A DNA stretch of 63,953 nt, counting the filler, from Octopus bimaculoides (Eukaryota): NCBI RefSeq assembly GCF_001194135.2. It is 6 parts of 6 records of this genome, joined end to end, with 100 filler letters (N's around TTAATTAATTAA, not from the genome) between each part and the next. Parts side by side here need not be neighbours in the genome. Positions count along the whole stretch, not along the records: positions 1 to 15,406 come from NC_068983.1; positions 15,507 to 22,828 come from NC_068991.1; positions 22,929 to 47,721 come from NC_068990.1; 3 more parts are not named here. One strand, 5' to 3'. Position 1 is the first letter of the stretch, and each line of letters opens with the position of its first letter. Both the position numbers and the translations under genes were made by a program. The notes beneath the pieces were generated by a model that had not been told where the DNA came from, did no database searches, and worked only from the letters and a program-made list of their open reading frames with translations. Positions 13,398-25,640 of this stretch are shown here, one piece after another.

Positions 13398-14644
13398 TAT
13401 GAGGGTGGGCTGTATAGTTAATAAGCTGGTCATGAAGGAGTGATGCTAGAGTTGTGAAATCTTGCATGTGTTAATTTCAACTTGTCTTATTAATAACTGC
13501 ATTGTTTCTTTCCAGGTAAGCGGGATATTTGGCTGTTCAAATAGAACTTCAAAAGTAGCTACGAACGACTTCTCTTGAAAATGGACAAAATTTAGCATCT
13601 GCAGAAAAGGGGTTCAGCTTGCATTGTTCTACATTAGGGTATGACACTCCAGCTTTATCGACAGCGTAAAAGTGGGCGGCTGAATTTAGGAGGGGAAGCA
13701 AGAGTCTTGAAGATGCCCCAATGTCTGGGCGCCCTGCAACTGTCAGCACACTGAAGAAAATATTGGTTGTGCTCACCACATGCTGATGAATGGCATGCAA
13801 TTGTCTATAAATCAAATAGCCAATGCTATTATTATCCTCTGAAAGGGTTAAGAATATTCTGTACAATGCACTTGGCATAACGAGGGTTTCTGCTCGACGT
13901 TTCCTACATCTTCTGATACCTGATCAAAAGCGCACTAAGCTGATCACATCTCGGGAATCTCTACTGTTGCTTGAGACAGATCCAGCTAGTTTCCTCGAAT
14001 GTTTCCTAACCCAAGAAGATTATTGGGTTCATCACTTTTAGTCAGATATGAAGACACAATTCATGCAGTGGAAACACTCCGCCTCACCAGCTCCTAAGAA
14101 GGCCAAGGTCATTTCATCTGCAGAGAACTTAATGGCTTCAGCTTTTCGAGGTACGAAAGGCATTGTGTTTATTGACTATCTTCAAAATGGTTACACCAAC
14201 AATGGAGGGTGTCGTGCCAACTTGCTGAGGTAGTTACGAAAGGCTATCAAGATCAAAGGCCCAGGAAAACTGCTGAAAAGGGACTTGCTTCTGGGCAATG
14301 CCCCAGCGCACAAGTCTTTGGCTTCGATCGCTACTGCCGGTGACTGTGGCTATGATCAACCTTCTTATTCTTCTGGTTTGGTCGCATCTAACTACCAACT
14401 GTTCCCTACATGACAAAACACTTGGTTGAGACCCAGTATGGCCGTGATGATGACGTCATATCTGCTGCTGATGATGACGTTTTGACTGATATGATGAAAG
14501 CTTCACCAATGGAATCCAAGCACTGCAACACAAATGGAATAAATGTGTGAACGCAAGGAGGACTATTTTGAAAAATAAACCTCATTTGGTCACATGCCTG
14601 AGAGTATCTTATTCAGCTTATGAACTCTTCAGGCGACCCTCGTA
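13398..14644 (+). mobile_element. Full-length decayed mariner (Tc1/mariner) DNA transposon
   Basis: 31-nt termini including TA: TATGAGGGTGGGCTGTATAGTTAATAAGCTG and the reverse complement of CAGCTTATGAACTCTTCAGGCGACCCTCGTA (6 mismatches). Transposase from ATG 13581 to TAA 14576-14578, broken by frameshifts and stops, with recognisable pieces WAAEFRRG..SLED.P.SGRP, VSAR..HLL..DQK, TQED.WVHH, KKAKV..SA..MAS.F..KGIVFIDYLQ, GNAPAH, KCV...GDYFEK*. Confidence 0.9.
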
Positions 14645-15375
14645 TGTGAAATTTAAGAATCAAGGAAATTATACGTCGAACCTTACATGTAAGTTAAGGA
14701 AATGGGTTAATCTAAGAATTTAATTGTAAGTCCACTAACACGCGCGCGCGTGTGTGCTTGTGTGTGTATGTGTGTGCGTGTGCATGTGTGTTGTGTATGA
14801 ATGTATATAATCCAACTTATTCACAATATGCATACCAAGATATTGCATTAACTATTGCAATATACTAAACGTACATGACTAATAAATCAGAAAACTTGTG
14901 GATTGGTAAAACAAATTCAATACTGAACAAAATGGATTTAACATCTTCAGTTTCACCTTTTTACATTCTGAGTTCGATCCTGCGATCAACTTTATCATCA
15001 TTTTTTTGGTATCGATAAAATAAACTTGCAGTCAAGTAGAATGTTCGATATATCGACTATAGACGTCTGACAAATTTTGTGGCATTGTGCCTATGCTAGA
15101 AATCAATGAATAATGTTTAGGATGTCTGTGGAAGAGCAGATTCGGTAAAGTGTTAAACGAAATATCATGAGGTATCTATTAACACCGCCTACATTGTTTT
15201 CTGAGATTGAATTTTGTCAAGGGCAATTTCGTAGTTTATTATCCCAGAACGTAACTAACTCTATTCCTTGTCCAGAACTGAGACCTCGTGCGTAGGCTAG
15301 AAATCAATACGTTATGCTTGAACGATGGAAACCAATCTAATGCTTAAATCGTCGTATTACTGTACATCCTAAAGG

Positions 15376-15406
<31 letters not shown>

Positions 15407-15506
15407 NNNNNNNNNNNNNNNNNNNNNNNNNNNNNNNNNNNNNNNNNNNNTTAATTAATTAANNNNNNNNNNNNNNNNNNNNNNNNNNNNNNNNNNNNNN
15501 NNNNNN
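15407..15506. other. Artificial 100-nt spacer N44-TTAATTAATTAA-N44 (same design with the 12-mer at 22873, 47766, 56896, 62556)
   Basis: An identical 12-mer, giving stops in all six frames, centred in N runs five times. Confidence 0.9.
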
Positions 15507-15770
15507 CCGGCAGGGGATGGTGGCGAACCCTGCTGTACTCTTTCACCACAACTTTCTCTCACTCTTACTTCCTGTTTCTGTTGTACCTGTAATTCAAAGG
15601 GTCAGCCTTGTCACACTGTGTCACACTGAATATCCCCGAGAACTACGTTATGGGTACACGTGTCTGTGGAGTGCTCAGCCACTTGCACGTTAATTTCATG
15701 AGCAGGCTGTTTCGTTGATCGGATCAACTCGAACCCTCGATGTCGTAAGCGACGGAGTGCCAACAACAAC
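15507..15770 (+). mobile_element. SINE family C, 3' portion (RTE-like tail GTCGTAAGCGACGGAGTGCC(AAC)n)
   Basis: Near-identical to the body and tail of the full copy at 46919-47276 (minus). The 5' end is lost in a gap. Confidence 0.8.
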
Positions 15771-15933
15771 ATATTGCCATTGATACTGTGGATGGTGATG
15801 ATGATGATGTTGTTGTTCATGTTGATGTTGTTATTGTCGTTACTACTTCTTCTACTCTTTCTACAGATTGCGTGGTCTTCCTCTTGTTATTGTTGTTGTT
15901 GTTGTCATTATCGGCGTTATTACTGTAGTAACT

Positions 15934-16130
15934 AAGGCAGCGAGTTGGCAGAATCTTTAGCCCAGCGGCATTTCGTCCATCTTTACGTTCAGAGTTCAAA
16001 TTCCGCCAAGGTCGACTGTGCCTTTCATCCTTTCGGGGTCGATAAATTAAGTACCAGTTGCTTACTGGGCCGATATAATCGACTTGCCCCCACCCCAACA
16101 TTTTCGGGCCTTGTGCCTAGAGTAGAAAAG
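15934..16130 (+). mobile_element. SINE family A followed by (ATT)n/(GTT)n tail
   Basis: AAGGCAGCGAGTTGGCAGAATC...GAGTTCAAATTCCGCCAAGGTCGAC...CTTGTGCCTAGAGTAGAAAAG then (ATT)n. Confidence 0.85.
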
Positions 16131-16196
<66 letters not shown>

Positions 16197-16214
16197 GTTG
16201 TTGTTGTTATTATT

Positions 16215-16295
16215 GCTCAGGTGACTGCTTGGAATCCAACTTGGAATCTTGGGGTTAGTAGCCCGCGCTCTTAACCACTACGCCATATGCCCGTG
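16215..16295 (-). mobile_element. tRNA-derived head of SINE family D
   Basis: Minus strand GGGCATATGGCGTAGTGGTTAAGAGCGCGGGCTACTAACCCCAAGATTCCAAGTTGGATTCC...CACCTGAGC(AAT)n, with A-box TGGCGTAGTGG. Same head at 27335-27410 and 55402-55479. Confidence 0.75.
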
Positions 16296-16301
16296 GGAAT
16301 A

Positions 16302-16419
<118 letters not shown>

Positions 16420-16428
16420 ACTATTAAT

Positions 16429-16634
16429 GCGACGAGCTGGCAGAATCGTTCGCAGACCGGGCGAAATGCTTAGCACCAGTTCGTCCGTCCTTACATTCTG
16501 AGTTCAAATCCCTCAGAAGTCGACTTTGTTTTTCATCCCTTCGGGATCAATAAAATAACTACTATCTCGAGTACTGGGGGTCGATGTAGTCGACTTACAC
16601 CGAAAGTGCTGGCTTTGTGCCAAAATGTGAAACC
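16429..16634 (+). mobile_element. SINE family A, diverged copy
   Basis: GCGACGAGCTGGCAGAATCG...GAGTTCAAATCC...GTCGACTTTG...GGCTTTGTGCCAAAA. Confidence 0.75.
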
Positions 16635-17186
16635 ATTGTTATTCTAGATATCGTCATTATTTCGATCGTCGCCGTCCACATCGTTGTCATCATCGTCTCT
16701 CAACACCATCGTCAGCGTCCTCCTCGCCATCTTCATCGCCATCATCACCATCTTCATTACCATCATCGCCGTCCTCAACGCTGTCATCTCCGTCCTCCTC
16801 ACCATCATCGCCGCTATCGCTCATAATATTTGTAGAAACAGCAGGTAAACGAAACAATTGAATAACAAGAAAATGGAGAGGGGAAAAGAAGAGGAGAAAA
16901 CGAAGAGAAAAGAAGATAATTTGATTTAAAAACAAAATTGATTGATTATCAGATTAGTATATGGCTGGTTAGTTAAGAGGTAAATGAATGTATTGTTGAT
17001 AACAAACGTGAGAAGAAGGTTTACAGTATGTTTCTCTCACCGTTCATTTCCTCGCTATAAAGGCATGTTTTAAATCGTCACAGCTAATACAAAACTCCAA
17101 TACAACGGAGATATAAATTAATACAGATTGGGTTGTCAAGATTTTACGTTTGTTGTCATTTCTCGTATATATAAATATATACATAT

Positions 17187-17398
17187 CGGTTTTAAATTTT
17201 AGCACAAGGCCTGTATTTTCGGGGGTGGAGCTAAATCGATTGTATCGATCCTGATGATCAACTGCTACTTATTTCATGGATACCTAGAGTATGAAAGGCG
17301 GAGTCGACATCCGCGGAGTTTAAACTCGGAACATATAAAGTCGTACGAAATACCGCAAAGCGTTTTGTCCGGTTTGCTAACGGTAACTTCAACTGGTC
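17187..17398 (-). mobile_element. SINE family A, diverged copy
   Basis: Alignable to other family A copies (GCACAAGGCC...ATGAAAGGC..GTCGAC...GAAATACCGC). Confidence 0.65.
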
Positions 17399-17415
17399 GA
17401 CTTATTTTTTGTATA

Positions 17416-17666
17416 CAGTCGCCATATCGCGGTTCACCTACCACGGTTCACCTACCACGGTTCACCTACCACGGTTCACCTATCGCGGGTTATTATTTAA
17501 GCTTACGTAGATTCCTCTGTGGTGTGCTGTTTTGCATTTATAATTATAAAAATAATATACACTTTATTAAAATAATAATAATATACAGTACTGATTCTAA
17601 TTTGCGGATTTCCACCGATCGCTGGGGTTTGGGAACGTAACACCCGCGATAGTCGAAGGATTACTG
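17416..17666. mobile_element. Tigger/pogo-like MITE with TA TSDs and an internal 14-bp tandem repeat
   Basis: Left end TA|CAGTCGCCATATCGCGG; right end reverse complement TA|CAGTAATCCTTCGACTATCGCGGG (left TIR has a short deletion). CACGGTTCACCTAC x4 at 17428-17483. Confidence 0.6.
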
Positions 17667-17672
17667 TATATT

Positions 17673-17890
17673 GATTTAAAATTTTAGCACAAGGCCAGCA
17701 AGTTTGGGATAGGTGTATCTCGATTACATCGGCCCCGGTAATCAAGTGGAACTGGTACTTAATTTATTGACCCCAAAAGGACGAAAGACAAAGACGACCT
17801 CGGTGGAATTTGAACTCAGAACGTAAAGACGGAAGAAATGCCACTAAGCATTCTCTCCGGCTAGCTAGCGTTTCTACCAGCCCGCCGCTT
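17673..17890 (-). mobile_element. SINE family A, diverged copy
   Basis: GCACAAGGCC...CTGGTACTTAATTTATTGACCCC...GAATTTGAACTCAGAACGTAAAGACGG...CCGCCGC. Confidence 0.75.
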
Positions 17891-18518
17891 TAATTCTTGC
17901 ATGTACTATAGTGGTGGTGGTGGTGTTGCGATGGCAGCTGTTGTTATTTTTGTTGCTGCCGGTGCTGCGGCCGTTGCTGCTGCCACTACTGCTGCTACTA
18001 ATACTGATGCTGTTGTTGCTGGTGTTCTTGTTCTTTACATTATTGCTGTTGATGTTGTTGTGATGGTGATGAATATGGTGGTGGTGGTGGTGTTGGTGGT
18101 GGTCGTCGTCATCTTTGTAGTCGACGTTGTCTTTATTGTTGCTTTCAACGTTCGTTTTGGTATCGTCATTTGCGTTGTTCTGACGATGATGATAGTGTTA
18201 GTGGTGGCCATTTCTGTTGTCGACATTATTGTTCTCATTATTGCTGTGGTTGTGGCTGGTATTATTCTTTCCTGCAGCTGCAATCGTTGTTGCCGTTATT
18301 GTTGTCATCAACGTCGATTTCTTGCCGTAACATCCCCGTTCAGAAGATTTATAATCAAACACATCCATTCTTATCGTATCCATTCATTTTACCCACTTAA
18401 CCTAAACTAGATCAATATAATCTCGATTAATCTAATCTAGTATTAAATTACGGAGATGTACTTGCATAGCAAATGACCTGATCTGAGATCGTGTGCTGAA
18501 ACAAAAACAATTGCAGCA

Positions 18519-18709
18519 TGGAAGGTGTTGATAAGCCATTTAAAAACACATAAAAACCGTTAGATTCACTTCAGCATTTAGATTTAATTTGCCAAAATAT
18601 TTTAATCGGTTTGAGACCGCGACCTAACCACTGACAAAATTCCGTGCTAAATGTTGAAGTGGATCTAACGGTTTTTGTGTGTTTTTAAATGGCTTATAAA
18701 CACCTTCCA
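18519..18709. repeat. 63-bp inverted repeat with 65-nt spacer (fold-back repeat family)
   Basis: Arms 18519-18581 and 18647-18709 differ at 4 of 63 positions. A second copy of the right arm lies at 9312-9371. Confidence 0.9.
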
Positions 18710-18740
18710 CAGACGCACGCACACACACGCACATACACAT

Positions 18741-18880
18741 CGTTTGCGGTTCGGCAAAAGTGACCGATAGAATAAGTACTAAGCTTACAAAGAATAAGTC
18801 CTGCTCGACTAAAAGAGGTGCTTCAGTATGGCCACAGTCAAATGACTGAAACAGGTAAAAGAGTAAAAAAAAAAAGAGTA
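18741..18880 (+). mobile_element. SINE family B, 3' fragment
   Basis: GCGGTTCGGCAAAAG.GACCGATAGAATAAGTACT...CAGTCAAATGACTGAAACAGGTAAAAGAGT, matching full copies at 48056-48460 and 49169-49587. Confidence 0.8.
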
Positions 18881-19199
18881 AATAATCCCTACATACATTT
18901 TACTATTGCGGTTACTTGGAACTCAGCATTGAGAGTTCCAAGAGCATTTGGATGCCTTAAAGACAATAGATCATCGATGGAACAATTTATTGAATTTTGT
19001 GAACGAGATTGCTGTATATTGAGGCTTATCTTAATTTTCCGCTACACATTTTCTGTACATCATAACTGGTAACACTGCAACGTAGAGTGGACGATTAACC
19101 AGCATACTGGACGCTGACTGGGTCACGTCAATCTACATCGAGCTCTGAACTATGCAGTATTATATGTTTATCTAACTGTACACATATAATATATATAAA

Positions 19200-19662
19200 C
19201 ACGTGTGTGTGTGTACGTGTGTGCGTGTGTGCGCGTGTTCGTGCGTATGTATGTGTGTGTGTGTACGTGCGTGTGTGTGTGAATGTGAGTGTGTACGTGT
19301 GTGCGTGCGTGTGTATGTGTGTACGTGTCTGCGTGCATGCGTATATGTGTACGTATGTGCGTGCGTGCGTGTGTGCATGTGTGTTTGAATGTGAGAGTCA
19401 GTATGTGTGTGCTTGCGTGTGTATGTGTGTCCGTGTATGTGTGTGTATGAATGCGAGTGTGTGTACGTGTTTGTGAGTGACTGCGTGTGTATGTGTGTGT
19501 ATGTGTGTGTAGGTGTGTGAATGTGAGTGTGTGTAGGTGTTTGAATGTGAGTGCGTGTACGTGAGTGTGTGTGTGTGTGTATGTGTGTGTGCGAGTGTGT
19601 GTGTTTGTATGTGTGTGCGTGTGTGCGTGCGTGTGTGCGTGCGTGTGTGCGTGCGCGCGTGC
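19200..19662. repeat. Compound (TG)n-rich microsatellite
   Basis: Imperfect TG/TGCG/TATG arrays; source of the HT/CV-rich spurious ORFs. Confidence 0.95.
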
Positions 19663-20691
19663 ATTTAATTGCATTAAAATTAATGTCAGAATAATAAATC
19701 TTTAGGCTTATAAATACACAATTCTTGGTCTGTATTTGGTTCAATAACACCCTCTATATATAGAATAATTAAAGTCCATTCACGTAACATTCGCCATATT
19801 TGTTGGTTACATGCTGTTCAAATGAAAGGTGATATCATATTACGTCAGTTCTTCATAGCTATGCCAAGTTGACATGCAGGAAGCATTATTAGAAATCAAA
19901 AAAAGGATGTTTTAATTTTTTTTGTGCTTGTTCTCCAGGATGAATGGATTTTAATTATAACTGAGATTCTTTATTTCTTTTTTGTTTAGCATTAAAAGTT
20001 TCTAGTTGTTCTATTTTCAAAAGTAATTTAATTCTTCTCCTAATTTGGTATTTGTGAACCGTTTCAGGGTTTCAAAATTAAATAAATGAAAAATAACTTT
20101 ATTTAATCTGATATCAAATGCTGTGGTTTTGCGCTTTCTTCCTCTGACGTATTTCATAGGCATGTATGTATGCATGTATGTACATATGTATGTATGCAGG
20201 TATGTATGTATGTATGTATATAAACAGAAGACTGTGCTCAGGGTACACACACGCACACGCACATACGCACATACGCACACACACACACAGATGCATACGT
20301 CCGCACACACGCGCAAACACACACGCACACACACACACATACACGCGCACAGACACGCACATACACATCGTTTGCAAACGATAAGTTCCTTTAGAACAAA
20401 TACCGCGGTATTCGGTGTTCTAACAATACGTCTAATTTGAATAAGGCATAAAGTGACCCATTTCATATATATACATATATATGTATGTGTGTGTGCGCGT
20501 GTGTGTCTATATATGTGTGTGTGTGTGTGTGTGTTTGTGTGTATGTGTGTGCGCGCGTGTGTGTGTGTGTGTGTGTGTGTGTGTCTGTGTGTGTGTGTGT
20601 GTGTGTGTACATAAAGTTCGCCTCGAGCCAAGCAGGCTGAAAGACACTGAACGATGTTGCACAGACAGGTAGATAGCTAGCTGGCTAGCTG

Positions 20692-20765
<74 letters not shown>
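20692..20765. repeat. (AGAT)n tetranucleotide microsatellite
   Basis: Directly visible. Confidence 0.95.
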
Positions 20766-20766
<1 letters not shown>

Positions 20767-21299
20767 TCTGAAAAGTAGGCGAATAAATATTTAAAGTGTA
20801 TACAATACAAATAATGGAGATATATAGTTGTAGAGCGAACATTTATAATTACTGAAGTTATAATTTTGAAGATTTCTGCTAGTTCAGAAAGGTCATCTAT
20901 ATCTGAATACATTGAAACAATAAACACAGGAAACTTACTGCAAAACAATTTTTATGATTTAAAATTTCAAACCAAATTTGTATGTTGAAATTTAAAATTA
21001 TGTTTCCTCAAAATATGACGTCAACTAATTAGAGGTAGAAAGATTATTCAAACAAAGTCGTTCTAAATTAGATGAAAATATGGATGCTTAATTCAGTTTC
21101 TTAATTACGTAACAATATTTATATAGGCGTGCACAGTTACTGGTATAATAAACATATAAATTTATAAATTAATTAATCAATAAGTATAATGTACGTACCT
21201 AATTAAATCAACAATTATAATGAGCAATAATGAATTGAAAAAATATATTAATTTATGCATAGGTGTGCGTATATTTACTCGTCTATATACATGTATATA

Positions 21300-21468
21300 C
21301 AGGCGTGGCTGCGTCGTAAGACTATTGCTTACCAGCCATATATTTCCGGGTTCAATCCCAATATGTGGCACCTGGGGCAAGTATCTTTTAATATCGGCTC
21401 AGGTCGATCAAAGCCTTTTGAGAGCATCTGGTAGACGGAGACGGAAATAAGCTTATCGTGTGTGTGTG

Positions 21469-21513
<45 letters not shown>

Positions 21514-21851
21514 NNNNNNNNNNNNNNNNNNNNNNNNNNNNNNNNNNNNNNNNNNNNNNNNNNNNNNNNNNNNNNNNNNNNNNNNNNNNNNNNNNNNNNN
21601 NNNNNNNNNNNNNNNNNNNNNNNNNNNNNNNNNNNNNNNNNNNNNNNNNNNNNNNNNNNNNNNNNNNNNNNNNNNNNNNNNNNATATATATATATATATA
21701 TATATACACTCGATAAACTTTCGTGTATATATGTTTTTGTCTCTATCAGTGTCTGTGTTTATCTCCCACCACCTCTTCACAGTCGGTGTTAGTGTTTACG
21801 TCCTCGTAACTAAGCGGTGGGCTCGGCCAAAGAGACCGATAGAATAAGTAC
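21300..21851 (+). mobile_element. SINE family B, diverged, internal TA microsatellite collapsed into a gap
   Basis: Head AGGCGTGGCTGCGTCGTAAG...CCGGGTTCAATCCC...CCTGGGGCAAGT...; 3' half TTTACGTCCTCGTAACTAAGCGG...AAAGAGACCGATAGAATAAGTAC. Confidence 0.7.
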
Positions 21852-22761
21852 CACACAAAATATGAATAATAATAATAAGTACTGGGTTTCTCCAATTCAG
21901 TGCTCCAGCTTGGCAACAGTCTCATGACTGTAACAAATAAACGATAAAACAAAGAAAAAAGGCACGTAAATACATACATACATACATAAAGGAGAAAGAC
22001 ACGGACCAACCAATATAGATTTTGCAAAACCAGTCCTCAGGAAACACTTTCAGTTTTGTACTTCTTAATATTATTGGAGCTGCAGGAGATAACCCAACCC
22101 GCCTGCCGCAATGTATCACTGAACTTTGGTTCTTTAGGCTAGAACGCAGCTCCTTAATTCACGCATTACAAATGAACACAATATCTGGAATAATAAAGAT
22201 CTGCGTAATATACTTTAAATTAAAAAAAAAAATTGTTGACAAAGAAGACGCTTTCCTTCACAAGTTTCTTACAAGACCAGATGCCCGGTCAAGATCACCT
22301 CTGACTTAAAAAGAGAAAAAGAAAATCATATATGCATACACCTAGAAGTATGCATATATAAATTACGGCAGGCTGGGGCAATCTGTGTAAGAGTTTAGTA
22401 GTACAAATCAACTCCAGTACATTATTGTTAACGTCTGGTAATTTATCAATCACTTTTACTGGCCTGTTAAGGGGATCTCAACAAACCAACATCGGTTACT
22501 AAGTGATGTAGTGGGTAATACACATATATATATACTATGTTGATGCTATAGGTTCACCTACGGAAAGGCGGGGAATATTGCGTACGAGCTTTTCCGTACT
22601 TCAATCTTCGTAACCCTTCAGAGAATTAAAAGACGTACACGTATAATACATGCCTATATGTGTTTGTGTGCGCGCGCGCGTGTGTGCATATGCTTATATA
22701 TATATACGCATATACACATATACTTGCATATTTATATATATATGTGTGTGTGTATTCATAT

Positions 22762-22828
<67 letters not shown>

Positions 22829-23204
22829 NNNNNNNNNNNNNNNNNNNNNNNNNNNNNNNNNNNNNNNNNNNNTTAATTAATTAANNNNNNNNNNNNNNNN
22901 NNNNNNNNNNNNNNNNNNNNNNNNNNNNATAAATAAACAAAACAAAACAAAAAAATAGACAACCCTCCTGACATGTCTGGTTACATGTCTGTCTGTCCGT
23001 CTGTCCGTCTGTCTGTCTGTCTCCTAATTCTCGTCAGACGCAGCTACAGCTGGTTGGCTGGCTGGCGGGCTGGCTGGTTAGTCGTAACAGCTGGCAGCCA
23101 TCTGGGGAAAAGCTCTCACCCCAACCCCTCACTGTCAGATTACATGTAGGTGGATGTGTGTGCTTGTGTGTGTGCTTGTGTGTGTATGTATGCATGTATG
23201 TATT

Positions 23205-23239
<35 letters not shown>

Positions 23240-24289
23240 GTGTTCGCAAACAGTAATGGTACAAGCTTAAAAGTACAATGGCAGGTGAAATATTTACATA
23301 TGTCTAAATTTATACACATCTGTAAATACACATACACACACACACATACACACAAATACACACACATACATACATGCATACATACAGACACGCATGCATA
23401 CACACATACATAATACTTGTGGTTAAATGTTTACCTATTACATATATATATTTATATCTACATATACATACATACATACCCGTGTATATATATATATATN
23501 NNNNNNNNNNNNNNNNNNNNNNNNNNNNNNNNNNNNNNNNNNNNNNNNNNNNNNNNNNNNNNNNNNNNNNNNNNNNNNNNNNNNNNNNNNNNNNNNNNNN
23601 NNNNNNNNNNNNNNNNNNNNNNNNNNNNNNNNNNNNNNNNNNNNNNNNNNNNNNNNNNNNNNNNNNNNNNNNNNNNNNNNNNNNNNNNNNNNNNNNNNNN
23701 NNNNNNNNNNNNNNNNNNNNNNNNNNNNNNNNNNNNNNNNNNNNNNNNNNNNNNNNNNNNNNNNNNNNNNNNNNNNNNNNNNNNNNNNNNNNNNNNNNNN
23801 NNNNNNNNNNNNNNNNNNNNNNNNNNNNNNNNNNNNNNNNNNNNNNNNNNNNNNNNNNNNNNNNNNNNNNNNNNNNNNNNNNNNNNNNNNNNNNNNNNNN
23901 NNNNNNNNNNNNNNNNNNNNNNNNNNNNNNNNNNNNNNNNNNNNNNNNNNNNNNNNNNNNNNNNNNNNNNNNNNNNNNNNNNNNNNNNNNNNNNNNNNNN
24001 NNNNNNNNNNNNNNNNNNNNNNNNNNNNNNNNNNNNNNNNNNNNNNNNNNNNNNNNNNNNNNNNNNNNNNNNNNNNNNNNNNNNNNNNNNNNNNNNNNNN
24101 NNNNNNNNNNNNNNTGCACGTATGTATGCACGTATGTATGTACGTATGTATGTATGTATGCATGTGCGTGTATGTTTGTGTGTATGTGTGTGTATGTGTG
24201 TGTGTATGTTTGTGTGTGTGTGTGTGTGTTTGTGTGTGTGCGTGTCAAATAAAATAAGATCAAAGCTACGGCAGTTTGATATCCCTAGG

Positions 24290-24500
24290 ACAATGATAAA
24301 TAGAAAGGTTTTCCTACAGCTGTTTCAGGGAAATAGATTGTTGCGTTGACGCCCCCAAGCGAAGAAGTAGGATCGCCCAAGACATATAAATAGAGGTAAT
24401 CTGGCCGTGATAGAGGAGTTGAGTGACTGTTGAGTAGCTCTTGGGCAGCAGTTAAGTAGAGATCATCCGAAGGTGTTAGATAGCAGTAGCTTCAGACATA
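24290..24500 (+). mobile_element. Possible highly decayed RTE-like LINE 3' fragment
   Basis: With frameshifts, GAAATAGATTGTTGCGTTGACGCCCCCAAGCGAAGAAGTAGGATCGCCCAAGACA resembles the K.ALRWTP.G.R..GRPKT C-terminal motif of RTE ORFs. Confidence 0.3.
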
Positions 24501-25412
24501 ACATAAATGACATCCCATCACCAGAGACAAGTTAAAAGAACTTCAATCGAAGGAATTAGTAGAGTTCATTTTTTTCAAACTGCCTTGGCCTTGTTATCTT
24601 ATTCTATTTAACATATACACGCTCACACACGACCTGCCTTAAACTCCTCGCTCATGCGATTATTGAACTGGGAGCTTAACAGCGGTCCTTCCGTAGCACT
24701 TACATACTCTTACCTGCCTTTCCACTTCTACATACGCCAGCTTAATTTAATTCGTCCTTAGTCGAAAGACACCTGTTGTTAATGTCCTGGATCTCGGCTG
24801 CCATTTCTGAAATACTTACAAGTAGTTCCTATGTGGACGAGGCATAACCAAGGGATTCTATTAATAAAATCAATGGATTTCACCAGTTCCTTTTATGTCC
24901 TCTTCATGAAATTATGGGATGTCAGTGACGTCATTTCCGGTCAATTTAATTTCATTTTCTAACGCCTTCAGCTTCATGTCAACCCCGACCTTCACTTAAA
25001 CATTACGCTTTGTTCTTCATTTGTTTTTTTTTTTGTTTTTTTTTTTATAATTCAACGGTTGAGGTGGTTGGCACCTTCTTACTTGTCATTTCCCTCTTAA
25101 TGTTCTGACAGAAGTAAAATGAAAAAGAGAAAAATTAACATTATTTTATTTATCTATTTATTTGTTATTTTTCTTTTCTTTTTAAACACCACGGGGCCCC
25201 CAACAATCGTTTAGACAAGATCTGGTGTGAGTTAAATAAAACAGATGTTATTGACAAGGAATGTGTCACAAGCAGATCATAAGACCCCGCTGGTTCGTAA
25301 AATACTAGCACTACTACTACTACTACTACGACGGCGACGAAAATAATGACAGTTACAACAACAACAATAATAACAGCAACAACAATAATAGTAATAATTA
25401 CTATTATTATGT

Positions 25413-25627
25413 CAAATTTTGGTACAAGGCCAGTAATTTTAGGGGAAAGAAGCAAGTGGATTACACCGTACCCCAGTACATGACAGGTACTCTACTCTTT
25501 ATCGAACCGGAGGAATGAAAGGTAGAGTTGACCCTGGCGGGATTTGAACACAGAATGTAAAACACCAGAAGAAATAATTCTATGCTTTTTGTCCGATGCT
25601 ATAACGATTCTGCCAGCTCACCACCTT
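25413..25627 (-). mobile_element. SINE family A, diverged copy
   Basis: GTACAAGGCC...GGAATGAAAGGTAGAGTTGACC...GATTTGAAC...CCAGCTCACCACCTT. Confidence 0.7.
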
Positions 25628-25640
25628 GACAACAACGATC

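Noticed and set aside
16660-16825. Acidic D/E/G-rich ORF (minus) and His-rich ORF (plus)
   Set aside because: Degenerate CAT/CGT/CAC trinucleotide tract with no supported splice context.
17900-18320. 169-aa Val/Ala-rich ORF
   Set aside because: Degenerate GTT/GCT/GGT microsatellite.
19168-20631. Long HT/CV-repeat ORFs, and similar ones throughout the window
   Set aside because: Translations of (CA)n/(TG)n/(TA)n arrays or read-through of N gaps.
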